Positions 6,530 to 10,127 of a stretch of DNA of 10,127 bases are shown here, in pieces. Source of the stretch: an uncultured Thermococci archaeon (GTDB lineage Archaea; Methanobacteriota_B; Thermococci; Thermococcales; Thermococcaceae); NCBI GenBank assembly GCA_964615185.1, contig CAZTOS010000071.1:1-10127 (forward strand), read 5' to 3'. The position numbers and the translations under genes were made by a program. Each line of letters opens with the position of its first letter. Within the stretch, counting starts at the first letter, position 1. Under the pieces are notes generated by a model. It searched no databases and had not been told where the DNA came from. It worked only from the letters and a program-made list of their open reading frames with translations.

Positions 6530-6817
6530 TCACTTCTTAATAGCCTTTTCCCAGGCCTTAAGGACTTCTTTAGCTCTGTCAAATATTTTCTGAGCTGCTT
6601 CTTCCAGAGCCTTCTCTGGAGTTATCTTGCCATCAGTGACAACTCTGAACTTTGGCTTTCTTGCTGTAAGGATTGGATGTTCAATGGTATATCCAGCAAA
6701 TGTGACATGCTTATTTTCATGAAGAACTTCATTGAGTAGATTGGCAAATGTATGGTCTTCTCCAACGAGATAAAACTCCATGACATTCCTTTCACGCTTA
6801 ATAACTTCAATCTTCAT
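6530..6817 (-). CDS. rpoL: DNA-directed RNA polymerase subunit L (Rpo11), 95 aa
   Basis: [10 protein letters not shown] and AGYTIEHP motifs. Start placed at ATG 6817 with a GGTGAGG RBS at 6827-6821. Confidence 0.97.
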   Translation of the reverse strand: MKIEVIKRERNVMEFYLVGEDHTFANLLNEVLHENKHVTFAGYTIEHPILTARKPKFRVVTDGKITPEKALEEAAQKIFDRAKEVLKAWEKAIKK

Positions 6818-7436
6818 TTTCCTCACCTGTTAAATGTTTTAACATTATTTTCATAGCCTGCTCTTTGTTCTTCACGAGTTCGTATTTAAACTTATCCTCT
6901 TTATACTCAGCCACTCCAACCTTGACCATAAGGTCAAGAATTTCCTCGGGATCCATGTCAAAAACAACAGCTAAAGGCAGAACCACTTCCCTTATCTGTC
7001 TTGTGGTCTGGAGTGAAATGTCCGCAAGATACTCTCCAAGTTTTCTTGTTAGATTAACTATTTCATTCCATGGCATTGAGGTCTCAAGTTCATTGTCCTT
7101 AAATTCGATAGTTTCTCCCATCAACTCAAGGGTTCTCAGCAGAATTGGAGCTGAAATGCTAATACCTGCTTCTCTAAATATATCATCCAGCACGTATCTG
7201 TAAAGACCACGTCTGTTTGCATACAGACGAGAACGGACTCTTCTGTGAATGTCCTTAATCTTATAAATTGCATCTCTTATTTCATCTTTGGTTCCTTGTA
7301 TGTTAATTTTCAGAGAGTTAAGCTTTCCATGGACGTATATAAAAGCGGGTAGATTAAGCTTTTGAAGCTCTCTCATGAATTCTTCCTTTTCTACATCATC
7401 CTTCACATGGATAACAATTACCTTCTTGGCTTTCAT
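6807..7436 (-). CDS. Conserved archaeal protein, probably DUF2067 family
   Basis: 209-aa ORF between csl4 and rpoL that overlaps rpoL by 11 nt. The family call rests mainly on this known gene neighbourhood. Confidence 0.7.
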   Translation of the reverse strand: MKAKKVIVIHVKDDVEKEEFMRELQKLNLPAFIYVHGKLNSLKINIQGTKDEIRDAIYKIKDIHRRVRSRLYANRRGLYRYVLDDIFREAGISISAPILLRTLELMGETIEFKDNELETSMPWNEIVNLTRKLGEYLADISLQTTRQIREVVLPLAVVFDMDPEEILDLMVKVGVAEYKEDKFKYELVKNKEQAMKIMLKHLTGEENED

Positions 7437-7446
7437 CTTTTAACAC

Positions 7447-8049
7447 CTATACTCGAATCTTCCTGTAAAATGTGGAGAGCTTTCTTGTTTCAATTTTTCC
7501 ACACTTGGGGCATATGAGCTGATTCCCTTTCCGCACCAGTGGTGTTTTACAGTTTGAACACAATGCAAAAACAACTCCCAAATCTGGAGCTCTTGTGGTT
7601 AGCTGAATTGGACTCTTTTCATCAGTCAAAACCCTTGCCCTCACTATGTCCCCTATTTTGAATTCTTTACTCATGTCCTCAACAAAACCTTCTTTTACTT
7701 GGGAGATGTGGATACCAGCAAGCTTTGATGTTGCTATTTCCCTATAATCTTCTCTTCCTTCTATTCTGAGGAGCTGAACAATTGCTGCTTGCGGTTTTAC
7801 TTCAATTACCTTTGCAATAACAATCTGTCCAACTTTTGGAATTGGAGGGGTATCCGTAACTGGAACAATGCTTATTTCCATTTTTTCTTGGTTTATTTTA
7901 ACTTTTCCAGCTCTCGTTGCATAAAGCTCCCCATTTTCTTCAATAACTCCATCCCCGGGGAGAAATTCTTCGATAATTCCAAGATAATCCCCTGGAAGAA
8001 CAAAATCGCCGTTTTTCGCTGATTCTTTCTTTCTATTTTCAACATCCAT
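7447..8049 (-). CDS. csl4: Exosome complex RNA-binding protein Csl4
   Basis: FVLPGDYLG..EEF.PG N-domain, S1 domain (IHISQV, FKIGDIVRARV), DLGVV, and zinc ribbon CSNC...CPKCG..ETRKLS. Confidence 0.97.
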   Translation of the reverse strand: MDVENRKKESAKNGDFVLPGDYLGIIEEFLPGDGVIEENGELYATRAGKVKINQEKMEISIVPVTDTPPIPKVGQIVIAKVIEVKPQAAIVQLLRIEGREDYREIATSKLAGIHISQVKEGFVEDMSKEFKIGDIVRARVLTDEKSPIQLTTRAPDLGVVFALCSNCKTPLVRKGNQLICPKCGKIETRKLSTFYRKIRV

Positions 8050-8113
8050 CCCTCACACCCCAGTGAATTTTAACAATCTGGTCTTTTAAGCTTATGGGCA
8101 AAGAGGATATTGA

Positions 8114-8398
8114 TTATCGCTTTTTGTATGCGCTTTCTCTTGGCTGGATATCTGTAATTATAATGATTTTTTCATCCCAATAAACAGTGTAGAATACCCT
8201 ATAGTCGCCTATTCTGAAGCGATAGGTGTTTGTTTTCTTTGTTTTCTCACCTTTAACGGGCTTTAAATCGTAAGGTGGCTTGGGATAGGGGTTAGCTTTC
8301 AATGCTTCAATAAATTCAGCCAGCTTTCTGCGTTGTGCTGCTTTGAGGAACTTCTTTGCCTTCTTAATAACGTCCTTGCTTACAATGACATTATACAC
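8114..8398 (-). CDS. relE: RelE/ParE family toxin (archaeal RelE-like mRNA interferase), about 94 aa
   Basis: Basic protein with NPYP, YRFRIGDYRVFY and C-terminal PRESAY. GTG 8398 is preferred because GGTGA at 8408-8404 is properly spaced from it; the alternative start is GTG 8407. Confidence 0.93.
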   Translation of the reverse strand: MYNVIVSKDVIKKAKKFLKAAQRRKLAEFIEALKANPYPKPPYDLKPVKGEKTKKTNTYRFRIGDYRVFYTVYWDEKIIIITDIQPRESAYKKR

Positions 8399-8408
8399 TA
8401 CCTTCACC

Positions 8409-8630
8409 TTACTCTGTCAGTTCTTTGATGGCTTCTTCAGCGGTTAACCCTTCATCTTGATGTTTTTTCAAATGTTCGGCTTTCTTTACAAGTTCTTCAT
8501 AAAGTTCATCAGCAATAACCTCGGGCTCCTCCCTCTCGATCTGCAACTTGAGCAGTTCAAGCTTAAGCTCTTCGAGCTCCCTCTCAATCTTTTCAATACG
8601 CCGAACAATACCGTGAACGCTCTCAACCAT
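8409..8630 (-). CDS. Putative antitoxin (archaeal RelB-like), 73 aa
   Basis: Acidic protein with an N-terminal coiled coil (IEKIERELEELKLELLKL), directly upstream of relE, with a GAGGTGA RBS. Confidence 0.85.
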   Translation of the reverse strand: MVESVHGIVRRIEKIERELEELKLELLKLQIEREEPEVIADELYEELVKKAEHLKKHQDEGLTAEEAIKELTE

Positions 8631-8665
8631 ACAATCACCTCACTCAAAACTAACTCCACGCAAAT

Positions 8666-8682
8666 TATTTATAGAATTTTCC
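8666..8682 (-). promoter_or_regulatory. Putative BRE/TATA promoter of the relBE-like operon
   Basis: Minus strand reads GGAAAATTC-TATAAATA, about 36-52 nt upstream of ATG 8630. Confidence 0.55.
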
Positions 8683-8868
8683 ATGAATTAAGTGCTTTTG
8701 AAATAAGAGATAAGAGAAATGGAATTGAAAATGGATGAAGCTTGGAGTTAAGTGCAGTATTGAATGGTTAATGCATAAATGTGAACTCCTCACTCATAAC
8801 ATCATCTTTATAAGGAAGCTTAGAAATTATTTTAGTAAGTTCCTCAAAAGGCTTGGATGGTGATAAAG

Positions 8869-10127
8869 ATGAGGATGCTTCTAATCCACAGCGATTATCT
8901 TGAGTATGAGGTTAAAGACAAGGCTTTGAAAAAGCCCGAGGAGATAAGCAAAGAGCAAAAGAAAGGAAGGCTCGACGAAGTTCTCGCTGTTTTTGTAAGT
9001 GTTGAGAAGGTTGATGAACAAAATCCTGAGGAAGTTGTTGAGAAGGCTGTCGCTGAGATTAAAGATGTTGCCTCTCAGGTCAAAGCCCAAAACATATTTG
9101 TCTATCCCTTTGCCCACTTAAGCAGTGAATTAGCTTCACCAGATGCTGCCCTTAAAATCCTCAAAGCAATTGAGGAGAAGCTCAAGGAAGAAGACTTCAA
9201 CGTTAAGAGGGCACCATTTGGATATTACAAGGCATTTAGAATTTCATGTAAAGGCCACCCATTGGCAGAGCTTTCGAGGACAGTAGTTCCTGGAGAGGTT
9301 AAGAAAGAGGAAGAGATTCCAGAAGCTTTGAAGAAAGAAGAAGAGCTTGTCAGCTACTGGTATATCCTCACACCGGAGGGTGAGCTGATTGAGGTTGATA
9401 AGTTCGACTTCACCGGCTATGAGAACCTCAAGAAGTTTGCAAACTACGAGATAAGCAAAAGCAGAATAGCGGAGAAGGAGCCGCCTCACGTTAAGATAAT
9501 GCTTGAACAAGAATTAGTTGATTACGAGCCGGGAAGTGACCCAGGAAACTTAAGATACTATCCAAAGGGAAGGCTCATCAAGTCACTGCTTGAGCAGTAT
9601 GTTACGGAGAAAGTCATAGAGTATGGTGCCATGGAAGTTGAGACGCCAATAATGTATGACTTTGAACACCCGGCCCTTGAAAAGTATCTAAACAGATTCC
9701 CAGCAAGGCAGTACATTGTCAAGAGTGGTGATAAGAAGTACTTCCTTAGATTTGCCGCTTGCTTTGGTCAGTTCCTCATAAAGAAAGATGCAACAATAAG
9801 CTACAAGCACTTACCATTGAGAATGTACGAGCTCACAAGGTATTCCTTCAGAAGAGAGAAAAGAGGTGAGTTGAGTGGTCTCAGGAGACTTAGGGCATTC
9901 ACAATGCCAGATATGCACACAGTCGCTAAGGACTTAAAGCAGGCAATGGAGGAGTTTAAGAAGCAGTATAAGTTAAGCATGGAGGTTCTTAAGGGCGTTG
10001 GACTTACACCAGAGGATTATGAGGTTGCAATAAGATTCACAGAGGACTTCTGGAACGAGAACAAAGACTTCATAATTGAGCTTGTTAAAATTATCGGAAA
10101 GCCAGTCCTAATTGAGATGTGGAAGCA
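8869..10127 (+). CDS. thrS: Threonyl-tRNA synthetase, archaeal type with N-terminal DTD-like editing domain (partial, runs off the window)
   Basis: Manual translation from ATG 8869 (GGTGA RBS at 8859-8863): [57 protein letters not shown] and motif 2 [26 protein letters not shown]. The frame is open to the window end. Confidence 0.98.
   Translation, partial: MRMLLIHSDYLEYEVKDKALKKPEEISKEQKKGRLDEVLAVFVSVEKVDEQNPEEVVEKAVAEIKDVASQVKAQNIFVYPFAHLSSELASPDAALKILKAIEEKLKEEDFNVKRAPFGYYKAFRISCKGHPLAELSRTVVPGEVKKEEEIPEALKKEEELVSYWYILTPEGELIEVDKFDFTGYENLKKFANYEISKSRIAEKEPPHVKIMLEQELVDYEPGSDPGNLRYYPKGRLIKSLLEQYVTEKVIEYGAMEVETPIMYDFEHPALEKYLNRFPARQYIVKSGDKKYFLRFAACFGQFLIKKDATISYKHLPLRMYELTRYSFRREKRGELSGLRRLRAFTMPDMHTVAKDLKQAMEEFKKQYKLSMEVLKGVGLTPEDYEVAIRFTEDFWNENKDFIIELVKIIGKPVLIEMWK

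Noticed and set aside
652..9510. Antisense and alternative-frame ORFs (e.g. 652-885, 1061-1270, 1842-2327, 2376-2684, 2769-3167, 3117-3416, 4204-4455, 5487-5897, 6865-7203, 8457-8738, 8881-9117, 9244-9510)
   Set aside because: They are shadows of well-supported genes, have atypical composition and show no recognisable motifs.

Overview
Archaeal chromosomal DNA, most consistent with Thermococcales (inferred from the CRISPR repeat type, GGTGA ribosome-binding sites and protein sequences). From left to right: a CRISPR leader and a short array with six identical 30-nt repeats, five clear spacers, and a probable sixth spacer followed by a decayed seventh repeat. No cas genes lie in the window. Next is a two-gene toxin-antitoxin-like pair (an unrecognised helical protein and a PIN_3/COG1569-type protein whose C-terminus looks frameshifted). 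Then come an AIR-synthase/HypE-like gene, a minus-strand sppA - PH1570-family - AI-2E transporter operon, a xylose-isomerase-like TIM barrel, a Mini-III-like RNase III domain protein, the csl4 - DUF2067 - rpoL cluster and a relBE-type pair. The window ends in the 5' part of archaeal threonyl-tRNA synthetase, which the ORF track misses because it runs off the end. The most notable items are the CRISPR/TA junction, the likely PIN frameshift, and a CRISPR-repeat-like sequence next to the relBE promoter. All family assignments come from motif recognition by eye, not database searches.
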